The notes below the pieces were generated by a model. That model was given only the letters and a program-made list of their open reading frames with translations, was not told the origin of the DNA and did not search any database. The position numbers were made by a program, and so were the translations under genes. Shown here piece by piece: positions 12,294 to 25,114 of a stretch of DNA of 64,000 nt (positions are counted from its first letter, which is position 1; the number at the start of each line of letters is the position of its first letter). Source of the DNA: Hypanus sabinus (Eukaryota); NCBI RefSeq assembly GCF_030144855.1, contig NC_082717.1, forward strand, positions 106,764,001 to 106,828,000, read 5' to 3'.

Positions 12294-14200
12294 GTAACAG
12301 TCAACACTGTGCTGTAGGTACACAGAACTTCACAACAGCTGGCGCCATACAATAAGGGCATAGACCTTAACAACAGCTGACACCATGCAGTCAGGGCACA
12401 GACCTTTAAAACAGATGACAGCATACAGTGAGCGCACAGACCATTACCATAGCTGGAACTCTACAGGAAGGGCACAGACCTTTACAACACCCTGTACCAT
12501 TCAGTAAGGTCACAGACTGTGACATCTGTCTTTGCTGTAATGTAAGGGCACAACCCGTTACAACAGCTGGTACCATAAAGTAAGGGCACAGACCATTACG
12601 ACAGCCAGTTCCATACAGTAAAGGCACAGACCATTCAAACAGATGGTATCATTCAGTAAGAGTGCTGACCATTACAACAGTTTGGTACTGGCTATAAGTA
12701 CACACACATTAACCACAGATGGCATCATACAGAAAAGGGACATACTGTGCCTATAAAAAGTATTCACCCCTTGTAAGTTTTCATGTTTCATTGTTCTACA
12801 ACGTTGAATCACAGTGGATTTAATTTTGCTTTTTTGACACTGAGCAATAGAAAAAGATACTTGTATCAAAGTGAAAACAAATTTGTACAAATTGGTCTAA
12901 ATTTATTACAATTGTTAAACACACAATAATTGATTACTTAAGTATTCACTTCTTTTAATATGACACACCAAATCATTACTGGTTCAGTCAATTAGTGTTA
13001 GAAGTCACATAATTAGTTAAATAGAGATCTATTTTTGGAAACTTGTGTACATTTTAAACAAGCAGTTCCATACAATAAGGGCACAGACCATTCCAACAGC
13101 TGGTATCGCACAGTCAGGGCACAGACCACAACAATACTGTAAGAGTATAGACCATTACAACAACCAGCTCCTTATAGTAAGGGCAGAAATGTTACAACAA
13201 TCAGCACTGATCTGTAAGGGCAAAGACCATTATAACACTTGTTTTTGTGTAGCAAAGACACACATCGTTACAACGGCTGGTACCATACAGTCAGGGCACA
13301 CACTGTTACAACAGCTGGCAATGTACAATAAGAGCTCAGACCGTTACAACAGCTTATACTGTACAGTAAGGGCATAGACAGTTTCAACAGCTGGTACCGT
13401 ACAGTAATGGCACAACAAGTTACGACAGGCATTGCCATACAGTAAGGGCACAGACCGTTATCACAAACTAAATGGTACAGTAAGGGCACTGACCATTACA
13501 ACAGTCACTTCCGAGTAATAAGGGCACTGACCATTCAAGCAACCAGTGCCATTCAGTAAGAGCACTGACTGTTACTACAGCCAGTACCAATCTGTAAGAG
13601 CACAGAGCTTTACCATGGGTGGCACTATACAGAAAAGGGATATTCCTTTACAATAGGCACAATACAATAAAGGCACAGACTGTTACAACAGATGGCACCA
13701 TACAATAAGGGCACCAACTGTTATACAGCCAGCTCTGTACAGTAAGAGAAAAGACCATTACAACAGCCGGTTCTGTAAGTTAAGATGCACTGACTGTTAT
13801 AATAACTGATACCAATCTGTAAGGGCACAGGCCTTTAATACAGATGGCACAGAGCATTACTACAGCTGGTTCCATACAGTAAGCGTATAGACCATTTGAA
13901 CAACTGGCCCCATTCATTAAGAACACCAACCTTTACAATAGTCAGCACCAATCTGTAAAGCCACAGAATGTTACCATGGATGGCACCATGCTGTAAGGGC
14001 ACCAAACGTTACAGCAGCTGGTACCGCACAGTAAGGACACAGACTGGTTCAACAGCTGGTATGGTACAGTGAGGCCACAGACCATTAGAACTACCAGTAC
14101 CATTCTGAAATGACACAGACTGTTGCAACGTCCAGTACCATAAAGTAAAGTTACAACAGCTGGCACTGTAAAATAATGGCAAAGACCTTTACAACAGATA
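12294..14200. repeat. Degenerate ~38-bp minisatellite (consensus about CCATACAGTAAGGGCACAGACCGTTACAACAGCTGGTA)
   Basis: Dozens of head-to-tail diverged monomers, interrupted by a Tc1 end. Confidence 0.9.
12745..13030 (+). mobile_element. Tc1-like DNA transposon terminal fragment (IR/DR type)
   Basis: TA followed by ctgtgcctataaaaagtattcacccc; the internal direct repeat aagtattcac recurs at about 12940. Confidence 0.7.
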
Positions 14201-15104
14201 ATCTGAAATAAAAACGTAAAATACTGGAAACACTCACAGCTCAGTCTACATTGAAAATCAGTAACCAGCTTGAATCACTCAGGGCAGGCACTGACCCCAA
14301 CATTCACAAACCTGCGTGTTACATCATATCAAAGAATACTGCACAAGTAATTTCATATTTGGAAATGATCTCTAGTCTGGCAGATTAACTGGAGCATCAC
14401 TGTGTCAACCTTAAAATACTGACTCAAACAAGCAAAACCAGTTCTCAAAATGGAAGATACAGAGCAGCTTCACTCAATATTTCATTTGCCTTATCAGCAG
14501 ATGTCTTAATTACTTTTGGGTGTTTATTCCATTGATGGATTTTCTCCCTTGCCTCCTCTACAACTTATGTCCAGTCTGCAGTCAAGTGAGGAATTGCTGA
14601 AAGCTCATTAACAACGTAGTCCCACAAATACCACAAATCTGTATCTGAAGTAATTCAAGGTGGTTTTTAAAAGTTAGCCGCTTCAATTGCAAAGGAACAA
14701 ATCTCTCCAGACACCAATAATCGCAGACATGGAGGATCCCATGGACATGTGGGGACTGGAGTGGGACCACGAGGAACAGCTGGCCAACATAGACTCCTTT
14801 CCTGGGTATTACTTTTTATATTCTTTGACTGTTCATGGAGGGTCCAGGAAACTTTGTACGTATGCATATAGGTATTTGGTTGTGTAAATTCATGTGCATT
14901 GTAGTTGAGATAATAAAGTTACAGAACTTACATAAGAACATAAGAAATAGGTGCAGGGATAGGACATCTGGCCCATCAAGCCTTCTGCACCATTCAATAA
15001 GATCACGATTGATCTGGCCATAGACTCATCTCCACCTACCTGCCTTTTCCCCATAACCCTTAATTCCCCTAGTACACAAAACCGTGTCTTAAATATGTTT
15101 ACTT

Positions 15105-16350
15105 GTCAGTAAATAGAGATTCTCTCAGTGCCTCTCTGATCATTATTACTGAGATAATGTGATGTGAGAAATCATATAGTGTGAGAAACCCCAGTGGTCT
15201 TGCCATTGATAAATCTATCAGTTTCCCAATGCCATTCAAAACAATAGCTTATGCTGGTGGGTTACTTAAGGATATGCAAGTCTTCGCATTGTATTTGTCC
15301 ACATTGCGAACCCATTTCGAAGCATAGCTTAAATTCTTTCCATCATTTTAGTTGGTATTTGATTTGCATTGTTGTAATAAATTTGTGTCAATCATGGCAA
15401 GCAACCAACTAGCATGTGTGTCACAAACATCAGTTTTATACATTTCATTAAAAATCAGGTCAATGGGGTCAGTCATCTGATTCATTGCATCTTGAATGAA
15501 CTTCAGAAACGTAAGTGCGTCCAGACTTACCTGGGATGCACCATGACCAACTTGATTGCTTGTATCTGATCTTGATTCTTTTCCCCAGTAATACCCCACA
15601 TTTTCTGCTGAGGCACTGTACCTGATTTTCTACTTCTGCTAAATCTAAGGTATTGAGCATTGTTAGCCTGATGCATAACTATCTTCCACTGATTCCAACA
15701 GGCCTCTTCCTTCTATTTCTAACTTGTTTAAACTCACTCCTGTGAGGTAGGCTCCCAAGCAGATGAGTAAATAACTGTCTCGTAGGTGAACACCATTATT
15801 TCAGTTAGAGTAAAAATTACCTGCAAGCGCTGGTATCCTGGTACCCAAGTGACAAATTTCCCCGCATGTTTAACATGAATCCTACCCCCTTTGTGTAATG
15901 CTGGTCTCATTACATTTAGGCGTTTGTGTAGTGTCAGCATCTTGAGGTTGTGGGGTGGTCAGTTTCCTAGTAGATTTGAAAGCTCTGAAAGGGCCGAGGT
16001 CCTGACAGAAACTCTACCCATGTTTTTTGGTTCCCTTTCCATTCTCCTCTCCCCATGTACTAGATCCTCCTGTGGACAGTTTATAATGATGGAAGCAACC
16101 TTTGAGAAATGCTTGGTGTGGCCATTCCAATCGATTTACCTCTTGTATCAATCACTGCCCCACTCAATATTCAGATGAGAATCATCCCTGAGAACTGTAA
16201 TCTTACCGTGGCCCTCCTCACCTGAAGGTTGTTCAGTTAATCAGACCTGAAAACTGACAAATGATTATTCCATCTTGCTTGATAAAGCCACCTTTAGCAT
16301 TTTATTGTATAAGAACTTTAAGGTTTTGCATAAGGTTTAATCCACACATG
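15105..16350 (-). mobile_element. Decayed endogenous retrovirus env-like relic (possibly preceded by an integrase end)
   Basis: Broken frames give GRIHVKHAGKFVTWVP..., RNRRKR (15703-15720), LLESVEDSYASG, MLNTLDLAEVENQV, and VCDTHASWLLAMIDTNL..IP. Confidence 0.5.
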
Positions 16351-16479
16351 TCAAACCATCTACCCGAGCATAACAGAAGATTGAGTCCACGATTTCACCC
16401 TTAGAATTGAAAAGGGTAGCCACTGGGAGATCCGCTTTGTCATTATCAATGGGTATGGGGTGCATTTGGTCTGTTCACA

Positions 16480-16575
16480 TTCTCCAATTAAAAGGTTAGA
16501 TGGAAACTGACCAATGAGAACGTTCTTTTCCCGATTCCTTATTAGCATAGGGCGGAGCATAGTCTATTTAATCGG
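16480..16575 (+). promoter_or_regulatory. H2B promoter (CCAAT x2, octamer variant, GC box, TATA-like)
   Basis: CCAAT at 16484 and 16511; ATTAGCAT at 16541-16548 (H2B octamer ATTTGCAT variant); GGGCGG at 16550; TATTTAA at 16565. Confidence 0.8.
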
Positions 16576-16625
16576 CGCTGTGAGTTGGCTCCGCTTATTT
16601 CCAGGTCCGAAGCTGACTGAAAAAA

Positions 16626-16997
16626 ATGCCTGACCAGTCGAAAGCTTCCAAGAAAGGCGGCAAGAAAGCCGTGTCCAAAGCGCAAGCCAAGGGCGGCAAG
16701 AAGCGCAGGAGGGCAAGAAGGGAGACTTACTGCATCTACGTCTACAAGGTAATGAAACAAGTTCATCCCGACACCGGCATCTCCTCGAAGGCCATGGGCA
16801 TTATGAATTCGTTCGTGAACGATATTTTCGAGCGCATTGCGGGCGAGGCTTCCCGCCTGGCTCATTACAACAAGCGTTCGACCATCACCTCTCGGGAGAT
16901 CCAGACCGCCGTGCGCCTGTTGCTGCCCGGGGAACTGGCCAAGCACGCCGTGTCGGAAGGGACAAAGGCGGTGACCAAGTACACCAGCTCCAAGTGA
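16626..16997 (+). CDS. H2B: Histone H2B, replication-dependent (123 aa, Cys-containing)
   Basis: [29 protein letters not shown]...AVTKYTSSK; stem-loop present. Confidence 0.98.
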   Translation: MPDQSKASKKGGKKAVSKAQAKGGKKRRRARRETYCIYVYKVMKQVHPDTGISSKAMGIMNSFVNDIFERIAGEASRLAHYNKRSTITSREIQTAVRLLLPGELAKHAVSEGTKAVTKYTSSK

Positions 16998-17027
16998 AGT
17001 CGCAGGAAGTGCTGATGGAAACCCAAC

Positions 17028-17043
17028 GGCTCTTTTAAGAGCC
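17028..17043 (+). terminator. Histone 3' stem-loop of H2B (unit 1)
   Basis: GGCTCTTTTAAGAGCC ACCCA; HDE-like GGAAGAGTT at about 17059. Confidence 0.95.
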
Positions 17044-17760
17044 ACCCACAATTTCCATGGAAGAGTTTTGATCGCACCAAACTTGTCTTTGAAAGCTTTT
17101 CCACTCAAAGGTAATTCTAATTCTGTTAATGTTGAGTGAACTTTCCATCACTTCGTACAATCCGTTTGTGTCGCGTCCCTGCTTCATTGCGCTAACACTG
17201 ACATTTTGCCCTCCTGCTTCCGTCAGCTTGTCACGATTTTCCCCCACTCACAAAGCTTTGCACAAAGGAAGGATTGTGGTGAAGATGTTTTTGCTGCAAA
17301 AGTGATTTAACTGCTGTGAATACCGTACACTAACTGGAGTACCCGTGTGTAAAAAGAAACAAACAACGCTGAGTCCCCGAGATTCACTCGGGCTCCTTTC
17401 ACACAGTCCACGAAAGACTTTGCTACGGCTGCCGATTGTAGTTGGTGACCCATCTACAGTCTGCATTGTACATGCAGATTAAAATCAGATAACTTCTCTT
17501 ACGTGAGGATTTTACACCCTGTCTTTCTTGTAAATGAGTGGGGGCGCTGTGATGGTGAATCCTATTCACGGATATACATGTTTTTGGATTAAAGGATAAA
17601 ACTATAATCTTGGCGTGCTTTTCATAAATTGGGGACTAAGATTTGATTGGAGTATCTCTGATCCTGTTCGCTCCACATTGCTCCAGGAAATTCATGGCCG
17701 AGCGAGATACCTACACGTTATTGATAAAATATCTGACACGACAGAATGAAAGGTCACTCT

Positions 17761-17965
17761 GAGAATGAGGAAATCCTCCCGTGATCCCCCTCTTTATAGT
17801 TTCTGGAGGATTGCGGAAGAACACTTACGATTGGTGGTGCCGCGCCTTCTCCGAACGGTAATGTGAAGTTACCCAATCAGCGAGCTCTCCGATTCTCCAA
17901 TGGTCAGAGAAGCGCCGAAAATAACAGCCGCGCCCCACCGGAAGTTTGAAAAGCCCGCCAAAGAA
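17761..17965 (-). promoter_or_regulatory. Coding-less copy of the H2A promoter and 5' UTR, facing the H2B 3' end
   Basis: Aligns with 4055-4235 (gaatgaggaaat...tttatag...gaggattgcggaag.acactta.gattggtgg...acccaatcagcga); TATAAAG retained; no H2A CDS follows. Confidence 0.8.
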
Positions 17966-19109
17966 AAAAACCCGAAATTAATGAGTAGTCTAAAGCCTTA
18001 AACAATTACAAATCTACATGATCATGGATTTCCTGCATAGCCAGTTATATGATCTCACTGCACTTCTGACCATACAGAATGTTGCATGACTGACTCTAGG
18101 AATTTGTGGTTCTTTGTGAAAACACATCAGATTGTGGAAAGATCTCTCCTCTCAAACTGTGGATGGAGTACAGAGCATTATGAACAGGTTGCTCTTCTCA
18201 AATTGTGGCTGGAACAGGAGGATGAGTGGCCTCTGCGGAAGACAAAGGGATGGGGATCAGGAGATGTGGCTGGTGGGGGTGACCCACTGCAGCTGAAGCA
18301 TTAACACTTCATCAAACCCACAGATGCTGCTCAGTCCACTGTGTTCCTCCAGCAGAGATTGTTCAATACACCAGATTGCAGCATCTGCAGTCTCAAGTTT
18401 CTTTTCACAAGTGGGTACTATTAAACTCAATAAATAAGCCCAGTGGACTTTGTGTATTCTTTCAGATGGTTTTCTAGGACATGCATTGAGTCAAAGAGCA
18501 TGGAAACCGGCCTTTCAACCAACTTGTCCATTCTTTGTTTTCAGTGAGCTAGTCCTACCTGTTCATGTTTAGCCCGTAGCCTCAAAATGTCTCCTTGCCA
18601 TCTATTTATCTAGATTGTTTTTAAATATTGCTCATGTGCCTTCCTCAACCACCATTTCTGGTATCTCATTCCAAATACACTCCACCTTTTGTGTAAAGAA
18701 GCTCCTGTTGATGTCCCTTAGAAATCTCTGATCTGAAACTAATGCTCTCTTGTTATTAATACCCCTTCCTTGCAAATGTACTTTTACCCTCTCTATGTCC
18801 CTCATGAACTTGTATACATCAATCATTTCACTCCTAAATTTCCTATGTTCCAAGGAATAAAGTACAAATCTACCAAACCTCTCCTTGTATAGAAAGAGTG
18901 AACCTTTCTACACCACTGGTATGGTCACAGCTGGAGAACCATGTCCGTGTCTGGGAAAGATGGAACAGTTATAGAGAGATTTGACTCAAATGGTCACAGC
19001 AATAAGGGATCTAATCATGGCACCAATTGAAACACATTGTTTTTCTCCTTAGTGTATACAGCTGAGAACTATTCACTTCATGCCCTGCCCACCTCCTCTT
19101 GCCACGTAG

Positions 19110-22100
19110 ACAGATTGTCAATGATGCAAACAAACATGGCAAGAGAATTCCTAGAAGCATGGTGAACCAACCTGTAGACCTCAATCCTATTTATGAGGTA
19201 ACGCAGGCAAAAAGCCAGACTACAATGCACGGAATTTGTCAAACAACCAATCAGCAACCAGATTTCCTCTCTATAACTCAAGTAAGTTTTTGAAATGATG
19301 ACAGATCAGCTGACTGATAAGTATATAAAGACCAGGAATTCAGGTGAAGGAATGTTGTGAACAATGTGGATGAGCTTAGAGCATATATCAGTACTTGAAG
19401 ATAGGAGGTAGTGGATATTACAGAGACTTGGATGGCTCAGGGACAGGATTGGTTACTTCAAGTGTTGTGTTTTAGATGTTTCAGAAAGAACAGGGAGGGA
19501 GGCAAAAAAGGTGAGGGCATGGCACTGCTGATCAGAGGTAGTGTCATAGCTGCAGAAAAGGTGGATGCCATGGAGGGATTGTCTACGGAGTCTCTGTGGG
19601 TGGAAGTTAGGAACAGGAAGGGGTCAATAACTTTGCTGGGTGTTTTTTATAGGCCACCCAATAGTAACAGGGATATCGAGGAGTAGATAGGGTAACAGAT
19701 CCTGGATATGTGTAATAATACCTGTCATGATGGGAGATTTTAATTTCCCAAATATCGATTGGCATCTCTCTAGAGCAAGGGGTTTAGATGGGTGGAGTTT
19801 GTTAGGTGTGTTCAAGAAGGTTTCTTGACACCGTATGTAGATATGCCTACAAGAGGAGAGGCTGTACTTGATTTGGTATTGTAAAATGAACCTGGTCACA
19901 TGTCAGATCTCTCAGTGGGAGAGCATTTTGGAGATAGTGATCATAATTCTATCTCCTTTACAATAGCATTGGAGAGAGATAGGAACAGACAAGTTAGAAA
20001 AGCGTTTAATTGGAGTAAGGGGAATTATGAGTCCATCAAGCAGGAAATTGGGGGCTTAAATTGGAAACAGATGTTCTGAGGGAAAAGTACGGAAAAATTG
20101 TGGCAAATATTCAGGGGATATTTGTGTAGAGTTCTGTATAGGTATGTTCCAATGAGACAGGGAAGTTATGGTAGGGTACAGGAACCATGGTGTACAGAGG
20201 CTGTAATAAATCTAGTCAAGTAGAAAAGAAAAGCCTCCAAAAGATTGAGAGCTAGGCAATGTTAGAGATCTAGCAGATTATAAGGCTACTAGGAAGGAAA
20301 TTAAGGAAATTAGGAGAGCCAGAATGTGCCATGAGAAGGCCTTAGCAGGCAGAATTAAGGAAAACCGCAAGGCATTCTATGAATGTGAAGAGAAAGAGGA
20401 TAAGACACGAAAGAATAGGATCTATCAAGTGTGACAGTGGGAAAGTGTATATGGAACCAGAGGAAATAGCAGAGGTACTTAATGAATACTTTAGTATTCA
20501 CTATGGAAAAGGACCTTAGTAATTGGAGGGATGACTTGCAGCAGACTGAAAAGCTTGAGCATGTAGATATTAAGAAAAGGATGTGCTGGAGCTTTTGGAA
20601 AGCATCAAGTTAGATAAGTCACCGGGACCAGACAAAATGTACCCCAGTCAACAGTGAGAAACGAGGGAGGAGATTGCAGAGCCTCTGGCGATGATCTTTG
20701 CATCATCAATGGGGACAGGAGAGGTTCTGTAGGATTGGAGGGTTGTGGATGTTGCTCCTTTGTTCAGTAAAGGGAGTGGTGATAGCACAGGAAATTATAG
20801 ACCATTGAGTCTTACCTCAGTGGTTGGTAAGTTGATGCAGAAGATACTGGGAGGCAGGATTTATGAACATTTGGAGAGTTATAATATGATTGTGATTATT
20901 CTGCATGGCTTTGTAAAGGGCAGGTTGTGCTTTATGAGCCTGATTGAATTTTTTGAGGATGTGACTAAACACATCGATGGAAGAGCAGTAGATGTGGATT
21001 TCAGCAAGGCATTTGATAAGGTACCCCATGCAAGGCTTATTGAGAAAGTAAGGAGGCATGGGATCCAAGGGGACATTGCTTTGTGGATCCAGAACTGGCT
21101 TGCCCACAGAAGGCAAAGAGTGGCTGTAAATGGGTCATATTCCGCATGGACATCAGTCACCAGTGGTGTGCTTCAGGGATCTGTTCTGGGACCCTTACTC
21201 TTCATGATGTTTATAAATGACCTAGATGAGGAAGTGGAGGAATGGGCTAGTAAGTTTCCTGATGACACAAAGGTTGGTGGTGGTGTGGATAGTGTGGAGG
21301 ACTGTCAGAGGCTATAGTGAAACATTGATAGGATGCATAGCTGGGCTGAGAAGTGGCAGATGGAGTTCAAACCAGGTAAGTCTGAAGTGGTTCATTTTGG
21401 TAGGTCAAATATGATGGCAGAATATAGCATTAATGTTAAGACTCTTGGCAGTGTGGAGGATCAGGGATCTTGGGGTCCGAGTCCATAGGACACTCAAAGT
21501 AGTTGCGCAGGTTGACTTGGTGGTTAAGAAGGCGTATGGTGCATTGGCCATCACCAATCGTGGAATTGAATTTAGGAACCGAGAGCAAATGTTGCAGCTA
21601 TATAGGACCCTGGTCAGATCCCATTTGGAGTACTGTGGTCAGTTCTGGTTGCCTCACTACAGGAAGGATGTGGAAGCCATAGAAAGGGTGCAGAGGAGAT
21701 TTACAAGAATGTTGTCTGGATTGGGGAGCATGCCTTATGAGAATAGGTTGAGTGAACTCGGCCTTTTCTCCTTGGAGCAACGGAGGATGAGAGGTGACCT
21801 GATAGAGGTGTACAAGATGATGAGAGGCATTGATCATGTGGATAGTCAGAGGCTTTTTCCCAGGGCTGAAATGGTTGCCACAAGAGGACACAGGTTTAAG
21901 GTGCTGGGGAGTAAGTTCAGAGGAGATGTCAGGGGTAAGTTTTTTTTTACTCAGTGGTGAGTGTGTGGAATGGGCTGCCGGCAATGGTGGTGGAGGCGGA
22001 TACGATAGGGTCTTTTAAGAGGCTTTTAGATAGGTACATGGTGTTTAGTAAAATAGAGGGCCTTGGGTAAGCCAAGTAATTTCTAAGGTAGGGACAGATT

Positions 22101-22420
22101 CAGCATAGCTTTGTTGGCCGAAGGGCCTGTATTGTGCTGCAGATTTTCTCTGTTTCTATCTTACCACAATTTACAGCTCACTGATGTCCCCTCATTTGGT
22201 GAAATGCTTGTAAGTAAATTGCCAATATCAGAAAAGAACCCAACTCAACTCATTAATGATTATTAACATTTATTGAGCATTCCCTTAATCTTGGCTGCCA
22301 CCGATAATTTGTGACTTGTCTTTCCCATCGAATTTCTCTATACATGAAGAAGGAGAAGGGCACAAATTTGACTGGGCATCTGCCAAAGTCATGGAACTAG
22401 CAAAGACGTGGCATGTAAAT
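19110..22420 (+). mobile_element. Penelope-like element 3' fragment split by the CR1 at 19346-22161
   Basis: gcaagagaattcctagaagcatgg encodes AREFLEAW (GIY-YIG C-terminus); an uninterrupted paralogue lies at 56100-56620. Confidence 0.65.
19346..22161 (+). mobile_element. CR1 LINE, degenerate ORF2; unit-1-specific insertion
   Basis: Endonuclease fragment 19411-19686 and RT fragments 20745-21960; (tttcta) tail; empty site at about 56385. Confidence 0.9.
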
Positions 22421-23118
22421 TCTGCAAATTCTCCATACTGCTGAAGGGCCTCCCTATTCCTCAATGCTCTTTCCCTGTCACATCATCATTATCATTATGT
22501 GCTGTTTCATATGATGTTGGTGATCATGGTCTTCCATTTCTCTTTAATCTGAATATATTCTTATTCTTTGCTCTATCCATGATCATGATCGTTCTTGGCA
22601 AATTGTTCAACAGAAATGGTTTGCGATTGACTTCTTTTGAGTTGTGACATTACAAGATAGTGACCTTAGCAATTATCAATGCTGTTCAGAGATTGTCTAC
22701 CTGGCAACAGTGGTCACATAACAAGGATGTGCTATGCACCAGCTGCTCATATGACTCCCCACTATCTGCTCCCATGGCTTCATGTGACCCTGATTGGTGA
22801 GATAAGCAGGTGTAACCTTGCTCAAGGGGGATCTGAGGCGAGCAGAGAGAAGAAACGTCTTGCATCTCCTTCCCATTGCCCATTATCTACCACATGCTTC
22901 TTATTTCAGTGGAACCTCAATACCACTTCACATCCCGGAATCCCTGAATCTGCTAAAATTGCCCTTCACCCTCACAAAAATACAATTTTAAAAAATCTGA
23001 GGTGCAAAGGGACTAGGGGTCCTTGTGCAGGACGTCCTAAAGGTTAACTTGCAAGTTGAGTCGATGTTAAGGAAGGCAAGTGCAATCAATGTTAGCATTT
23101 TATTTGCGAGGACGAGAA

Positions 23119-25114
23119 GCATTAAAAAAAAAGTATGACAGAGCTAAGGTGAGTGGGAAGACAGATGATTGGGAAATTTTTAAGGAACAACAGAATTTAA
23201 CTAAAAAGGCAATATGCGGAGAATAAATGAGTTATGAACACAAGCTAGCCAGGAATATAAAGGAGGATAGCAAAAGCTTTTTTAGGTATGTGAAGAGAAA
23301 GAAGATAGTTAAGAAAAATGTTGGGCCCTTGAAGGATGAATTGGGTGAAATTGTTATGGGAAACAGTGAAATGTCAGAAGAATATAATAAGTACTTTAGA
23401 TCTGTCTTCACTAGGGAAGACACAAGCAATCTCCCAGATGTATGGATGGGCCAAGGACATAGGGTAACAGAGGAAATGAAACAGATTGACATTAGGAAGG
23501 AAACGGTGATGAGTAGACTGATGGGACTGAAGGCTGACAAATCCCCAGGTCCAGATGGTCTGCATCCTAGGGTACTAAAGGAGGTGGCTCTGGAAATTGC
23601 GGATGCATTGGTAATCATTTTCCAATGTTTCTTAGATTCAGGATCAGTTCCTGAGGATTGGAGAATGGCTAATGTTATCCCACTTTTTAAGAAAGGAGGG
23701 AGGGAGAAAACAGAGAACTATCATCCTGTCAGCCTAACATCAGTAGTGGGGAAGATGCTAGAGTCCATTATTAAAGATCAAATAGTGGCATATCTAGATA
23801 GCAGTGATAGGATTGGACCGAGCCAGCATGGATTTACCAAGGGCAAATCATGATTGACTACTCTATTGGAGTTTTTTGAGGATGTAACCAGGAAGTTAGA
23901 CAAGGGAGATCCAGTGGATGTAGTGTACCTCGATTTTCAGAAGGCATTTGATAAGGTCCCGCATAGGAGATTGGTGGGTAAAGTCAGGGCTCATGGCATT
24001 GGGGGGAAGATATTGACATGGATAGAAAACTGGTTGCAGATAGAAAGCAAAGGGTAGCGGTGGATGGGTGTTTCTCGGAATGGCGGGTGGTGATTAGTGG
24101 GGTGCCACAGGGCTCGGTATTGGGACCACAGCTGTTTACGATTTACATCAACGATTTAGCTGAAGGCATTGAGAATAACATCAGCAAATATGCTGATGAT
24201 ACTAAACTGGGTGGCAGTGTGACATGTGATGAGGATGTTAGGAGAACTCAGGGTGACTTGGATAGGCTGGGTGAGTGGGCAGATACTTGGCAGATGACGT
24301 TTAATGTGAATAAGTGTGAGGTTATCCACTTTGGGAGTAAGAACAGGAAGGCAGATTATTATCTGAACAGTGTAGAGTTGGGTAAGGGAGAAATACAAAG
24401 AGATCTAGGAGTCCTTGTTCATCAGTCACTGAAGGTGAATGAGCAAGTGCAGCAGGCACTGAAGAAGGCTAATGGAATTTTGGCCTTTATTACAAAGGGA
24501 ATTGAGTACAAGAGCAAGGAAATCCTTTTGCATTTGTACAGGGCCCTGGTGAGACCACACCTGGAGTATTGTGTACAGTTTTGGTCTCCAAGGTTAACGA
24601 AGGACATCCTGGCTGTAGAGGAAGTGCAGCGTAGATTCACAAGGTTAATTCCTGGGATGTCCGGACTGTCTTATGCAAAGAGGTTAGAGAGACTGGGCTT
24701 GTACACACTGGAATTAAGGAGATTGAGAGTGGATCTGATTGCAACATATAAGATTATTAAGGGATTGGACAAGATAGAGGCAGGAAATATGTTCCAGATG
24801 CTGGGAAAGTTCAGTGCCAGAGGGTATGGTTTAAGAATAAAGGGTAGGTCAGTTAGGACAGACTTAAGGAAAAACTTCTTCTCCGAGAGAATTGTAGGGT
24901 TGTGGAATGCACTGCCTCAGAAGGCAGTGGAGGCCAATTCTCTGGATGCTTTCAAGAAGGAGCTAGATAGGTATCTTATGGATAGGGGAATCAGGGGATA
25001 TGGGGACAAGGCAGGAACCGGGTATTGATAGTAGATGATCAGCCATGATCTCAGAATGGTGGTGCAGGCTCGAAGGGCCGAATGGCCTACTTCTGCACCT
25101 ATTGTCTATTGTCT
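23119..25114 (+). mobile_element. CR1 LINE, 5'-truncated RT, nested in an older CR1
   Basis: ORFs 23227-23853 and 24018-25028 (YADDTK); (ctattgt)n tail. Confidence 0.92.

Noticed and set aside
12294-14200. CRISPR-like array
   Set aside because: Head-to-tail degenerate monomers with no unique spacers, no cas genes, and a eukaryotic context.
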